A stretch of 64,000 nucleotides of DNA from Camelus ferus (lineage: Eukaryota): assembly GCF_009834535.1 (NCBI RefSeq), contig NC_045696.1, positions 33,792,001 through 33,856,000 on the forward strand, in the 5' to 3' direction. Made by a program: the position numbers and the translations under genes. Position 1 is the first letter of the stretch; every line of letters starts with the position of its first letter. Positions 15,104 to 28,810 of this stretch are shown one piece after another. The notes beneath the pieces were generated by a model. It did no database searches. It had not been told where the DNA came from and saw nothing but the letters and a program-made list of their open reading frames with translations.

Positions 15104-15215
15104 GGGACTGGGGGGTATAGCTCAATGCTAGAGCACATGGTTGGCATGCATGCACAAGGTCCAGGGTTCAATCCCCACTGCCTCCATGAAGGGGGAGAAA
15201 GAAATTGAAACGAAG
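15104..15215 (+). mobile_element. tRNA-Ala-derived camelid SINE (Vic-1-like)
   Basis: A box tagctcaatgctagagc and B box ggttcaatccc; 14-bp TSD gatacattcattca at 15090-15103 and 15216-15229. Confidence 0.9.
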
Positions 15216-17609
15216 GATACATTCATTCAATACATTTTAATGAAATTATAAGGACTGATAATCAGAATTCATTTTGCTTAAAATGTATAAAGACACACAG
15301 CAGATTTCTTGCCTTCGGTCACACTCTTTATATTTTACTAAATGCTTCCCAAATACTTCCCCCAGATCTCACCACATGAAAACATAGACGGCCTTCTCAC
15401 TCTCTCTCTCCTCTTAAAAGCATCTTTCTGGAGACCTGGGGAGAGTGTGACAAGATCACGCTACGGAAAAAGCATCAGCATGTCGCCACACTTGTTCTTC
15501 ACCTCGCGTTGTTGGCCATCTCGCTCATGGTCTATAAAGACTGAAATGCTGGGTACCACACCCCTCCTGAGCTGACCCTTCCTGTCCGCCAGGCTTCTTG
15601 GCTCAGGACTGTTGCTGTTCCCTAGGATGTTCCATGATAAGCCAAAAAAGTAATGAGCAATGCTTTGCAGTCCCTCCTGGTTTGTGCTAAATGAGGATAG
15701 CAGAGCAAAGGCCACTCTTTGGGATACCAGACAAACCCAGAAACTTGAGGCTCTAGCAAACTCCCTCCTAAACCCAAAATGATGAGTAAAACTATGTTCA
15801 CACATTGTGAAGGAGAGGTTAAGGAACCAGACAGCATATGCTTTTGGTGTCTCCACACCTGTCTCCTCAAATACACCCCACTTATGTGCTATTATTTTAT
15901 CATTTGATGCTATTCTGGGAGAACCTGCCAGGGTGGCAGTACCTAAGGTGTCTGTTTTGCTACTGAACATAGCAAACTTTTATTTCCTCTGAAAATAGAG
16001 CTAAGTTCCAGCTGGAGTGCAACAGCTACATTGAAACTAGTCCTATAAAAAGACTTTTACAAGTCATGTGAAGAAATACTTTTTTTTTCCTGTAAATAAA
16101 CTAGCAAAAATCCACAGCAACATACTGGAGAAATGCAGGTAAGAAGAATAAAAGATTTCAGTTTACTGCAGTCCAGGATTTCTTTAGGGAAAAATGTGTG
16201 AATTGTTTTTACAGATCCATACTTCTAAATTATTGCAAACTTCATTGTTCTTGGTTAACTGGCCCAAAAGCAGTAAAGAAGATCATGGTGGGGACAGTTT
16301 CTGGAGTCTGGCTACCGAATCAGGAGGAGGGATGTCACACACCACATGTTCGCTAAAATTCTCTAGTCAGGGGTCCTTCCCAACCATGTTAATGCCACCT
16401 TTTGATTTTTATAAATGAGAGGAGCTCTTTGTTTTGGGCTTATCAGTATTTCTCCACTGCCTGCTAATATGTCCAACGCATAATAGTTACTAATGAATAC
16501 TTTGTGGGGTGAATGACTGAAAGAATATATTCTCTGATAAACCACTGGTTAAATAGGATTTCTGGATTAATTCATATGTATTCAGTTTCCCAACAGTCTG
16601 TGAACAACTTTAGACCCAATCGATTTCAACTTTCTAATGCCTGGAATTTTGCAAGGCCAGGTGCTTATTCTCAAATGGATAGGCATCAACATGGCTCTGA
16701 GAACCTTGGAGCTGTACTTCCAGAGAACTCATTTACATGCAGCATTGTACAAAGTAAGGGAAGAATTTTACTCTAGGTTTGATCGCCACAGGTTTCAGGT
16801 TTGTTAAAGTTGGTTTTCTCGATCAAGCCCAGTTCTTTGCTTTTAGTGCCAAATTTAGTCCAGTTTTGCAATGAGAAATTCCTCTTCTAAGAAAAAAAAA
16901 GAAATATATCGCAACTCTCTCTTGCTTTTCCTCCCACTTAGAATATAAATCCAGAATCAGCCTGAAGTTTTCTTCTGCTCTAAGCCACATACTTTCCATC
17001 AGTTCCCTGTGTTTCCTCCCTAACCACCCAACCCCACCTCCAACCAATCCTTTCCCAGACCTCGTTCTCAGGGTCAGGTCTTACACACAGTCAGCGAGCA
17101 CTTAGTGAGAGTCTGGCCACATGTGCACTAATTTGCAGCACTCACAATCCTTCCCATTCACACATCTGAGTCTGGGCAAGTAGGATGAGAAGTTTATAAA
17201 AGGCCAGGGACCCCTAGGCCACCCTTTCAGCTAAAATGAATGTGCTGTATTTCTCGGATTAGATTTTGTTACCTCCTGGAAGAAGCGTGAGAACTTAAGA
17301 GAGTCATTTCTGCCAATCTTAATAGTCACCTGCCTTATTCTCTAAATCCAGACAACAAACAATCAGTCCAGTGCCCAGTACATTCTTCTTCTTCAAGGAA
17401 AGTAAATTAAAATATTTTTTAAGCTGGATTTAGGGTATACGTTTAAATCTAGGCAGTTTGAGTAGAAAGAGAAAAGACTCATTGCCTATTTTTCAAATGT
17501 TTCATATCAAAAGAACGTTTATGAAGTCGGTCTTCTTTTAGTGAATATGCTGTACCTGATTTTTATTTTAAGAATTCTATTTTATTTATTTGTAATTCAC
17601 AAATTCTGT

Positions 17610-17746
17610 TTCTTTGTGGGTTTTTTTGTGGGGCGTAGGTAATTAGATTTATTTATTTATTATTTTTTAAATGAGGGTACAGGAGATTGAACCCAGGACC
17701 TTGCACATGCCAAGCACACACTTTATGACTGAGCTGTACCCTCCCC
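17610..17746 (-). mobile_element. tRNA-Ala-derived camelid SINE (Vic-1-like)
   Basis: gattgaacccaggacc...gactgagctgtaccctcccc preceded by the T-rich ggtaattagatttattt tail. Confidence 0.9.
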
Positions 17747-18965
17747 TGGACAACTTGGTTTTTCTCAAGAATGTGGAAAACTCGCTGTACCGCAGCAATA
17801 TACAAGTTTCAAATCTGATAATTTGTTTTCCCAAGTATTTAGCAAATGAATATGTACAAGAATTGTCAATCCATAAAAAACAATAATTTTCTAAGTATAT
17901 CAAAACAGATGATTAGACTCTAGGAAGAAGAGTTAAAAAATAATGTGGAATTGTACCCATTTGCCAGTTTAATAGCTGTGAACAGGATATAGCTCATTTG
18001 CAAAAACTCCCTTTTTTTATTTTAACAGCACAAAGAACAAAAAAGGAAGAAAGTGACTGTTTCTACTTGTTGCTGGAGACTTCAGGTTATATGTACATGG
18101 GAAGAATGAAAATACTATGGAGTGACAAATAGAGAGTTCAGGACTAAAGGCCATTCAAAGACACCATAGCCCAGGACTGGCCCCAACCAGAACAATGAGT
18201 CAAAGGTAGATTCATCCTCCTCGTGTTAGAAAAAAAAAAAAAAAAATGATTTAGCATGTGAATCTTCTGTAAACAGTCCAAAAACAGAGGCAAAAGTTAA
18301 GCTCACTAAAATGTCTGAGATTTATTCACTTTATTTAAATGTGTGATTCTATGTTGTGGGTCATCTGGGAATGTGGGAATACTATAAGGCGTTTATTAAA
18401 GCAAATGGCAGCTAAGTGCTTAGTCTTTTATAAAAGGCCAAGGACGCCACGACTTTGATCTCTTGTCAACAATTCTCCCGCTAGAGACTGTCAACTTTAT
18501 GCCACCCAAAAAGATTATGAGGTCATTCTTGACATATCTTTATACCTTTGACTAAAGTGTAGGGATTCTAGAATGAAACACAGGCAACTGTGAACCATTA
18601 CTTAACTGGTATCTTCCTACATGTTTGGTGAGATTATATTAGCATCAAAAGGATTGAAAATTATAATTATGACCCAGCTTCAATGGGATTTAGCACTTTA
18701 ACTTTTTTGGAAAAAAAGAGCAGTGCACGATAAATACATAACCCAGAGCATCAGCCAGGGCGCTGGTACGATAAATGCACTCAGATAAAAAATTGAAGTG
18801 GATTCTCCATGCTGGTTGTTGAATGAAGTTTCTGGTGCTCCTTGAGTGTCTAGGGAAGAGTGAAGGTTTCGCCCTCCATGGTGTACCCAGTCTCATCCAT
18901 ATGTTGTTTGGTGTATTTAACGTAACTTTCTTTCTACAGATTGGAAAGTTACGTGGTATGAGTGG

Positions 18966-18969
<4 letters not shown>

Positions 18970-18998
<29 letters not shown>
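18970..18998. repeat. (GT)n microsatellite
   Basis: Perfect GT run. Confidence 0.95.
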
Positions 18999-19141
18999 CA
19001 TTGTGTGCATGCATGCACTTGTGTATGTATGGGGGAAGGGGATATAATTTTTATGTGAAATAATTACATAAAAGTAGAAGGCTGATATTGTGGTCTCCCA
19101 GGAAGAAGCTGTCCTCATTAGCTAAGAAATATCAAAGACGG

Positions 19142-19566
19142 TATGGCAGAAAAAATAGTGTCTCCCCAAAGATGTCCATATTCTAATCCCTGAAACTTGT
19201 GAATGTGTTGCCTATGTGGCTAACAGGATATGATAACCATAAGAGGTGGAGATGCGACCATGGCAGCAGAGTTTGAAAGAGATTTGAAGATGCTACAGGC
19301 TGACTTCAAAGATGAAGAACAGGGTTCCAAGCCAAGGAAGGTGGGTCATTTCTAGAAGTGGGAAAAGATGAAAAAGAGATTCTTTCCTAGAGTCTTCAGA
19401 AGGTACAGAACACTTGATTTTAGACCTTTTGGGATACTGACCTCCAGAGGTCTCCCAAGATCCATGTCTACTTCTGACCTCAAGGACTGGAAGATAATAA
19501 ATTTATGTCGTTCTAAGCCTTTAGGTTTGTAGTAATGTGCTACAGCGGCAGTAGAAAGCTAAGGCA
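19142..19566 (+). mobile_element. MLT1C/D-like solo LTR
   Basis: ccccaaagatgtccatattctaatccctgaaacttgtgaatgtgtt...aagataataaatttatgtcgttctaagcc...tacagcggcagtagaaagctaa. Confidence 0.85.
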
Positions 19567-19569
19567 ACT

Positions 19570-19760
19570 GGGTGCCATGTATTAAATAGCTGTAAAGTTT
19601 CGGGAGCTAGACTGTTTGGGTTTGAATCCACATTATTGTGTGATACTGATCAATGTAATTTTTCTGTGTCTCAGTTTCTTCATCTGTAGAATAGGGATTA
19701 TAATATTAATTATTTCATAAGGTACTAAATGAATTAATGTATGTAGATTACTTAAAATAT
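19570..19760 (+). mobile_element. MIR SINE
   Basis: ggagctagactgtttgggtttgaatcc...ctgtgtctcagtttcttcatctgtagaatagggatt. Confidence 0.8.
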
Positions 19761-20630
19761 GAATCTAAAGTGAAGAAATCACAGTTGGAGGAATTGGCTT
19801 ATCTGGCAATTCCTTGATCCTCTACGGCTGCCACCTGCTCAGTTGATGAATGAATGCCAGTTTGGTCCACTGACAAGGTGATTTTCTGTCTACAGAGTGT
19901 GGAAGTATAATGCCTAGTCTATTATTTTTCTGCTTTGCTGGAATGGTTCAAGGTCTATTTCCTGCCATAAAGCAGGACAAGGTCATTTCAATCCATCCAG
20001 AGACAAGAGGATTATGTTCAAGATTCCAAAATTTAATCAAAAAAGGGAAAGTCCAGTAAAAGGCAGATTGGGACCAAAAATAAAGTCAGAAGCACAGGGG
20101 ATGTCAAATCTGAGCAGCACTGAAAATACTAGATTTGCTGCTTGATTCAAGGTTGAAGAAGGAAAGTGACAGAGAAGTAGGGAAAGTGTGGTGAAGATTA
20201 CATATATTGCAAAATCGGTACAAATTTACTCAAACCACACTTTGTGGTCATGGAATTTCCCCAGTCTGCTTTTAGTCCAGAAATCCAAAAACCTCTTTCC
20301 AATAGTCAACTGGTCATCTGTACATATCTCATCCTGATAGTCCTTATCTTGCTTGATTAATTATACTAACATTCCATTCAGAAACTGGGAGCTAGCATCC
20401 ACCGCTCCCTCACCACTAATGTCAAATATGCCAAGTCCCATCAATTAAATAAGCCAAGTACATTTCAACTGTCTTCTGTCCCCACTCCCACAGTTTAAAT
20501 CATAATAATTTCTCATCAGTTTCCTAACTGATCCGTCTGCCTTTATTCAAAGAATCCTACATGCTCTGCCTGAGTTAATTTTATAAAAGCCAGATTTGGT
20601 CAAGCTATGCCTCTGTTTAAAATATTTTTA

Positions 20631-20790
20631 GGGGAGTGAGTATAGCTCAGTGGTAGAGCACATGCTTAGCACGCATGAGGTCCTGGGTTCAATCCCCAGT
20701 ACCTTCATAAAAATAAAATAAACTACATTAGATAAACCTAATTACCAATCTCCCCCTAAAAATAAATAAAAGTAAACAGAAGCAAGTAGG
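20631..20790 (+). mobile_element. tRNA-Ala-derived camelid SINE (Vic-1-like)
   Basis: ggggagtgagtatagctcagtggtagagcacatgcttagcacgcatgaggtcctgggttcaatccccagtacc plus A-rich aaacctaattacc tail. Confidence 0.92.
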
Positions 20791-23700
20791 ATTATTAAAA
20801 TTTTTTTAATAAATCCTTATCAACAGTAGGACTAAATCAACACTTCTCAGCAGGGACTCTTAATGTTCCATCCAGTTGTGTCTGCTTTTCCATCCTCATG
20901 ACTCTCTGTCCACTAATTCTTAGGTGCCTGTGCTCCAAAGGGTATCTCTTGATCTTACTCATACACACAATTCCCTCTCTTCCTTTCATAGCATTGTGTG
21001 GACTCTCCCTTTCTCTGAATGCTCCTTATCCATTATTCATCAGGCACAATCTTACTCATCTTTCAGACTTTGCTCCGATGTTGCTATCTTTGCTGATAGT
21101 GTGAAGCCCTCCTTCACTGCAGGGTGTTGGCTTCCTGTGTGTTAATAGCAGATGTGAATATCAGTAAGTGTGTAAGAACTGTACTTTGTGTCACACACAA
21201 AGTAAGTTAATTTTATTTTGAGCACTCATTTTGTCAGCGCAGCAGAAAATTGTTTTATGTCAGTTTAGTCTTCCTGCTCCTTTCCCTGGGCTTGGGTTTA
21301 AGTTTGGGGAGACTTCAATAATTCCAAGTACTTAGAGGGTGGGGAACCACATCTTTAATAATTCCATTCATGTGTTGATGCCTGTGGCCCTTGGACAGCA
21401 GACCATTAAGCTCAGCACTGAAATTTCTACTCCCATGGCCCCTTCTAGTAGGTTTGTTATTTGCCATAAAATGACGCTTCCATGACTTGTTAGGGTTACA
21501 GAAATTGCTGCAATGACATCTATAGCATTTGGGCCTTGAAATCAACATTCAGGACTCTAACCATAGACATAAAGAACACAGTCAATCTCTCTCCACTCCC
21601 CACGTCCCTCCCAACCTTCATTCTTATGCAGTCTCCATCTCTCCTCTCTCCTGTTGGGAGAGTTGGTGGAAAAGGAAATTACTTTTTCTTCATGTATCTT
21701 TACATCTTGAATCCTCTTTGTTCCCTCAAGGCCTTAAGTATTTGAAAACAAAAGCCAAGAAGAGGCTCAAACATTCTCTTTTTATGAAATTGTTATTGTT
21801 TTGGTTGTTGTGGCTGTTGTGGTCATTGTGTTTTTGTTTTGACACTTCCCTCCTGGAAGAGATGAACACAGCCAAGTCTGTCTGCTGGAGTTGGGAAGAA
21901 GGGAAAGAATAAATCCAAGTGGGAAAAAGGAATGGAAACATAGTTAATGTCTTAATATTATTCTGTCCCCCATCACAACCAAGACAGGAGGCAGAGACAA
22001 AGGGCAGGATCCAAAACAACTAATTCCTGCTGGTGCTGCTGTGGGCCAAACTGTGAAGTGGGCAGAGGCTGGTCTTTGGACATCACGTCTCTTGTATAAT
22101 TTCATCAAGTCTTCCTCTCTCATTTTTGTTTGCCCGTTTCCTCCTGCGTCCATTGAGATATGCTTCCAGGAAAGACTCACAGTAGTAAATTGACAGCAGC
22201 TAATTTTTGCACGTTAATCTTATATATATTACAGTAAGTTGGAGTGATATTCTAACATAAGGCAGAAGCAAGAAGATATTTAAGGATGAACATATACTCT
22301 GATTCTGATGTAAAGAGTAAAATCTCGGTCCATGGTGCTTCGAAGGACCAGACCAAGAAGCTAGCTAAAAAAACCGGACGTACATGAGACTCCTAACCAT
22401 GCATTGTGTTGTCTGCTTGTAGGCAATCAGGAAACATAATTGCTAATAATTCTTTCTTTGACTAACTTGTTGTCCAGTTGCACCAGGGGTCACTTTGGGT
22501 TTAGTTTTTCATCAAAATTTGCAAGAATAATTTTGTGGGTCTTCTTTAACTGCCAAGCACCAGCTGCCCGGTTTGATATACGTGGTTACAAAAGATAATA
22601 TTTTTTTTACTATTACCATATGAGTGTTTATGCATAAAGATTCTTTTTATACCATCTTGGTATAATGAAGCATGTTAAATATATTGAAACATTCATTTTA
22701 ACTACATTGGAATATTAAACAGAAAATTATCAACTTCCAGATAAAATAATATGCCTAAAGATTTAATTGTAGGTAATGTCCAGACTTAGGAGAAAATGTC
22801 ACTTTCATAGAAAAGGAATGAAATATTAATATTCAGATCTATATATGTATTTCTCATCCCTTATTAAAGTTGCTCAATGTTAAATATTTTTAAATGGACA
22901 AATTCTATAGAAAATATGCACCAGTGAAACACTTATGTATTTGAAGGTTTTAAATTGTTATTCCCAAATTTAGAGGCCAAGGGCAACTTTTTGGTTCGTG
23001 CATAAGGCCAAGAACAAAACCTTGAAATAGACCCAAACCGTTTGAGGGTTTAAATATTCTTGTTTTTCCAGCTGTGCATTCTAGAAGAGCCTACAGATAT
23101 CTAACAGTTTACATTTTACAGATTTCACTGAAAGGGGAAAAATTTGTTTTTCATGACAGAAAACTACTTTTGGTAAATAAAAATGTAAATGGAAGCAGAA
23201 GGTGCACTTCAGTGTTTAGCTGAAGGGAAAATTTTATCTACTTACAAAATCCTTTTTATTCTCCTCTGATTTTGACTTGAATGGCTTCCAGTTCCATTTG
23301 CTGTCTTTGTTTAAGCTTCATGACTTCCTTCCCATAACCCATAGTTAAGGTAGTTGCATTTATTGAAAAATTTCAGAACCCGTGTCTTAGAAAGAAATAT
23401 TCTCATCCTTTCATCCATCACTTGTCTACCAAAAGGCATTCAGTTCAAAAGAAGGAAACCTATTCTGGTTCTCAAATAGCGCCCATACTTCAGAAAAGGA
23501 TTAGCTCCTTCTACTCCTTAACGGAAGAATTCAGATCACTTGACCAAAGAAATTGTGAATACATTCCATTTTACTTGGAAGGCTAGTTATCTGTAATAAA
23601 AACAGCTTGATTTAGTCCTGGTAGTTTTCTTTCAATGTTTGAGATTGACCAGCAGGCAGAAATTAATTCTATTTGCCACAGAGTGATGCAGAGTTCTGAA

Positions 23701-24289
23701 AATACATGTAAAATGCCGGGAACCTTAACCCAGTGTAATTTCCAAAATTGTGAAAGTCCATTATGTGGGAGACACTAGGAACACCCATAGATAAGTAAGT
23801 TCTTCCTCAATCACTTATTTCTGTTTTGTTGGACACATAAGTAAGTAAGAGTTGAGATTAGTATTTTCAAAACAATCTGTAGAATCTTCTGAATGGGTGC
23901 TTGGTTTCATAAGATAGTTAATATTGGATTATAAAACTGATTACTACAATTTTTTGTTTCAGGAAGAAATCCAAGAAGAAAGTATTTGACTGACTTACAC
24001 TTCAAATTTTATGTCTGTGTACCTGTATATTTATATATACATTCAGGAAGACGAAATAGCATTTGGTTATTGTGTGATACAATATTTTGTCCACTAGATG
24101 GGTCTCACTTTCATATTTTTCAAAATGAGATGAATTTCTCTGTATTCATGCTGGTTGACCTCACAGAGCTATGTATTGGAGTTAAAAACAATACGTAACC
24201 GGTACTTGTCCAAAGTACTCTTCATAAATAACAACAACAACAACTTCTTTTTTTAATTAAGGAATTATTTCAATGGTTCTAACTGGAAC

Positions 24290-24560
24290 TAGGGATAAAT
24301 TAAATAACAACTAAATGCAATGTAGGAGCCTAGATCCAATCCTGGAACAGAAATATAAACATCAGTGGAAAAACTGGTGAAACTGGAACGTCTATAGTTC
24401 AGAGTATCATACAGATACTAATTTACTGATTTTGATCACGGTGCATTGGTTATGTAAGGTGTCATCATTAACACAAGCAGGGTGAGGAAGAGGAAGAAAT
24501 TCTTCTATTTTCACAAGTGTTTTTTAAGTCTACAACTATTTCAAAATAAAAAAATTTTAA
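24290..24560 (+). mobile_element. Old L1M 3' end fragment
   Basis: caactaaatgcaatgtagg...atcctggaacag...catcagtggaaaaactggtgaaa...actatttcaaaataaaaa. Confidence 0.8.
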
Positions 24561-24974
24561 ATCAATGTAATAGAGTTAAAGTGAATGACAAATTAGAAAA
24601 ATAATGATCGGCTATACTAAGACTGTAACTAAATGAAGAGTAGAAAAGACTCAATAAATGAGACGCCAATACATGTTTAGCATATGTTTTTAAAATCCTG
24701 TAGAACATGATCATGTTTTTTATTAATTTAAGGGGTAGACCTAGTAAAGATCAGAACTATTGCTTTGGGATATGTGTCACACAGCTCTCTTATCATATAA
24801 TTTTCTAATTTTGAATTTTTTCTTTTTATTTTGAATTATTGCTCAGTCATTTAGTGCAGACATCTAATTTTTTTCCAGAAATAACATGAATAATATGTTT
24901 TCTGAACTCATAATTACAGGCAACAACAATTGTATAGAATTTATACATACACAAAAAGTGTATACAATTTATAC

Positions 24975-25180
24975 ACACATACAAAATATGAGTACAAATA
25001 AAACTGAGGAAATCTAAGTAAGATCAGTGCTGGTATCACTGCAAATAGTCTGGTTGTCATATTACATTATAGTTTTGCAAGATGTAACCATTGGGTAAAA
25101 CTGGGAAAAATATACATGGGATCTCATATTATTTCATGCAATTGCACACAAATCTATAATTATCTCAATTAAGAAAAAAT
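24975..25180 (+). mobile_element. Old L1M 3' end fragment
   Basis: tacaaataaaactgaggaaatct...atagttttgcaagatgtaaccattggg...aatctataattatctcaa. Confidence 0.8.
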
Positions 25181-25305
25181 TGTGAAGGCAAAATAAGGAG
25201 ACTCTCCAATTTTAAAAGAAGGAGAAGGGGGGAGCCAGAGAGAGGAGTCTGAAATATTTGCTGTTCTATCAGAGAAAAAGACAAGTTCATTTTGTGTGGC
25301 TTCTA

Positions 25306-25640
25306 AGGGATCAAGAAACATTTTCAATAAAGGGCCAGACAGTAAATATTCTAGACTTTGTCGGCCTTAAGTTCTCTGTTACAACTGCTCACGTCTGCCA
25401 TTATAGCATGAAAACACTTGAAGTGAATAAACAGATAATGACCACGACTATGTCCTAATAAAACTTTATATAAAGACGCTTAAGTCCAAATTTTATATAA
25501 TTGTCATATGTCATTAAATACTATTATTCCCTTGATTTTTCTCAACTATTGAAAAATGTGATATTCATTCTTAGCTTGCAGGTCATACAAAAATGCAGCC
25601 GGGCAGCATTTGGCCTGAGGGCTATCGTTTGTTGACACCG
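25306..25640. mobile_element. MER58B-like hAT-Charlie element
   Basis: taaagggccagacagtaaatattctagactttg...catacaaaaatgcagccgggcagcatttggcctgagggctatcgtttgttgac. Confidence 0.85.
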
Positions 25641-26391
25641 CCAGAGAGAGACAGATTTGGCTGAAAATGATGAAAATGTTTACAGCAGTAGAACTGAAGC
25701 TAGGTGGTCTCTCTGTCAAAATAGCAGAGAGGATCTTCATGAAAGAGATGAGACTGAAATTAGTCATTCAAGATGGCTTCCAGTTGGAAGATTGTGTGAT
25801 TCTTTGGTCTTGTGTCCTGAAATATGGTAATTTAAGGGTTAAAAAGAGATTTCTTACTTATTTTTAAATAATTTTTAAAATTTTGCCTCAAAATATTGAC
25901 TATTTTTTTTCTAGTATCTTAAAATTTTTTTTAAAAATCTGTTCTCTTGCATTTTTTGAACCCACCAGCTACCTCCAAACCTGAGTTCTTCTTTACATTC
26001 TGATTCAGGAAACTTCTTCAGTTACTTAAAGTTTGTAGTGGAAGCTGTAGTTTAGCAAAAGCCCTGGCATTTATTAGGTGTCCAATGATAACTAACTATT
26101 CTTGTCATTCTTGTTCTTATTATTTGCCAATTTTGTGCATAAGGAGGCCCAGTCATGCCACAGAAAACAAAGGAGAACAAGTCAAAAGTCCCCCGTGTAA
26201 ACGCAGCCCGCTGCGATGTCAGTGTGCAGATGCAGGAACACTTGCTCTCACACTCTGCAAAGGGTTTTTTTTGCTCCTCATTGCCACATACGTGAAATTC
26301 AGTTATAACAATTTCATCTCTTTATGTTAAAGCTTTGAGCTCCATGTACAAGCCCGGCCTTTGGAAGGGCTGCCCGATTAAACTGTATGAG

Positions 26392-26541
26392 TGGGGGCTG
26401 ATTCCGGTTTTGTGGGACCTGCAGGTCTCTATAAGAAAAATAATACACCATTATGAATAAAAGTTAGAAAAAGGATTTGGGGGGAGGGTGCTACATAACA
26501 AAGCTTAAATTTTATGTGCTTGACAGCAAATTCACCTCTGG
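26392..26541. mobile_element. hAT-Tip100 (MER69/Arthur-like) MITE remnant
   Basis: ggggctgattccggttttgtgggacctg..tctctataagaaaaataataca...gcaaattcacctctg. Confidence 0.5.
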
Positions 26542-27665
26542 AATCAAAAATGAATGAGTCTCAGATCCTCTACTAAGAGTATGTTTGAAACAGAAGAAGA
26601 AAGACCCCAAGGCTCAGAGAAATCGCCTTCCTGTGCCTGATGAGATTTTCAGCGTAGTATGTTGAGCAGGAAACACTGGCAACTGAGGAGGGGGCCGTGT
26701 TATCAATGACAAGCTTCACTGATGTCACCATTTATGTTTCCTCTTTTCCTCTTCCATCTTTTTCATTACAGGTGCTATGTCATCTAGCCACCCATCACTT
26801 AGCATCCCTGACCCCAAAGATTGAACAGGCAGATGAAATCAAAGGACCCAAAGAAATATGTCTTCAAAATAAATAAATCTGGATTTTCAGTCAACAAAGA
26901 CTATCATAAGATAGGAAGTAGTGATTCAGTTCATGAGCACATCTTTTGCAAAGGTATCATCTTCGGAAAACGATGAGAGTTTTAGGACCTGCGAAAGCGT
27001 GGATCTTGGAACCAGTGATCTCGCGTTCTCCAAGGCGGTTCTGGCGTTCATTCTGCTTGTCATTAAGCACGTGCACTGAAGCATGTAATGCCGGTGGCGT
27101 ACTGAGAGCTGCACTCCTGCTACCTGAGCATATGTCTTTTCCTAAAGGCCCTCTGAGCCACAGCTGATCAATGAGCATTTATTTGCAATCATGCCAGCAT
27201 TTCTCATGCAGGTCGGTCAGATATGACTGAGTCTTTAAAGTCCTCGCCGAATATTAAAATTTTAATCTATGTCATTAGGGGAATTACATCTATATTTGGC
27301 TGAACAGAATTTCATCAGCTTCATAGACTTTGAAGGACATTTTGGGTACAACATGACCCTGGCCCCATGCCTGCCTCTGGATGTGTGGATATCTACAGCA
27401 TCAGAAGCAAACGTTTTCTCAAATGGAACATAGCTGCAGCTGTGGGATAGATTTCAAGTCACTTTTCAAAAGCAGAAAAGGACAAAATGTACGATTAACC
27501 CTTAAAAATGATAGAAGACTCAAGAGTAGCTATAAAACGCATCAGTTTTACATGCTACATCATTAGATGCTTTCTGTAGCCAGAGAAAAGGGGTATTGTT
27601 ACAGCTACTGGGCCAGAAATTATGCAGAACCCACAGTATTGAAATATCGGTGAAGTCGTTACAGA

Positions 27666-27788
27666 TTATTTTTTGGTGGGGTGTCATTAGGTTTTTACTT
27701 ATTTTTTTTTCAGTGGAGGTACTGGGGATTGAACCCAGGACCTCATGCAAGCTAAGCATGTGCTGTACCACTGAGCTCTACACTCCCC
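27666..27788 (-). mobile_element. tRNA-Ala-derived camelid SINE (Vic-1-like)
   Basis: ggaggtactggggattgaacccaggacctcatgcaagctaagcatgtgctgtaccactgagct. Confidence 0.92.
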
Positions 27789-28766
27789 ACGTTTAAAGTC
27801 TTTAAATAGCTGCTTTTACTATTGACAAAATCATTAACTGCTTGTAGAATGACTACCTAAAACAACAATGGCATTATTTGATATGTTACATATCATACAT
27901 ATCCATAACATACAGCAAATAGGAATCTCATGCACTGAGACTATTACTGTGCACAAAGTTGGAGAACCTCTGGTTTAGAGAATCTGACAGCCATGTCTCC
28001 CTGCTATGTAGAAATTCATAGATGCACCAGGAATTGCCTAGAGATGAAATAAACTCGGTCTCACACTTACTGCCTCACACATAAACTTACAATATTTCAG
28101 TATGTTTTTTTTCAAAATTTAAGATAGTTTTTTAAAGTTCTCTGAATTCATGATAGATTTTTGGCCCTATGTGCTTTTATAATTAATGGACATGAAATAT
28201 ACAATTACTATCACATGAAGTTTTGTGAAATATTTTGAGATTAGAAAACATACCAGGTAGCCATCGAAAAGTGCTGAACATCTTCAAAGGTGGAGTTGGT
28301 AATTAGGTAATAATATCTACCTCTCCTGAACTCTTTTTCTTTCATGGGCTCCTAGGATTCTGGGTGGCAGAACTGAACTTCGTGAAGCACCTGCCCCTAG
28401 CAGAAATGCAATGATTGATTTAGATTGGGTATTTTCCTCTTTCTGTAATATGGATAGAATCATTCTCTTTTACTTTTGCTAATGGAATTCCTTTTCTCCA
28501 ATATGATTTATGAATCAAATCTTTGCCAAAAAACAAACAAACCAAGGTGTGTGTCTTCTCCAAGTCTGACTGCTTAAGGTAGCTCCTTTTAACCTGAATA
28601 ATCCCTCAGTGGCAGCTAGCTCATTTTAATGTTCTTTGATTAAAAACAATTGTGATTTATACAGTGGAGGTAATAGCTCAGTTTAAGATCCTACTGTTAT
28701 TAACAACACAGCAGGAGAGCTCTCAAGACAACAGCTTTTCAGCAGAGAATGTTACAGAGCAACTGT

Positions 28767-28810
28767 AGCAGGTCATCTTTCAAAGTACAGCAGGTCATCT
28801 TTCAAAGTAC
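28767..28810. repeat. Perfect 22-bp tandem duplication
   Basis: agcaggtcatctttcaaagtac x2. Confidence 0.95.

Noticed and set aside
15461..15970. 169-aa minus-strand ORF
   Set aside because: No recognisable homology or splice context; likely a chance ORF.
16044..16145. TATAAAA followed by a cag|gtaag donor as a possible first exon
   Set aside because: Both motifs are frequent by chance in AT-rich DNA; no other support.
20631..20706. tRNA-Ala(AGC)-like gene, and similar copies at 15104, 17670, 27714 and 52588
   Set aside because: Disrupted stems, A-rich tails, TSDs and multiple dispersed copies mark these as SINEs, not tRNA genes.
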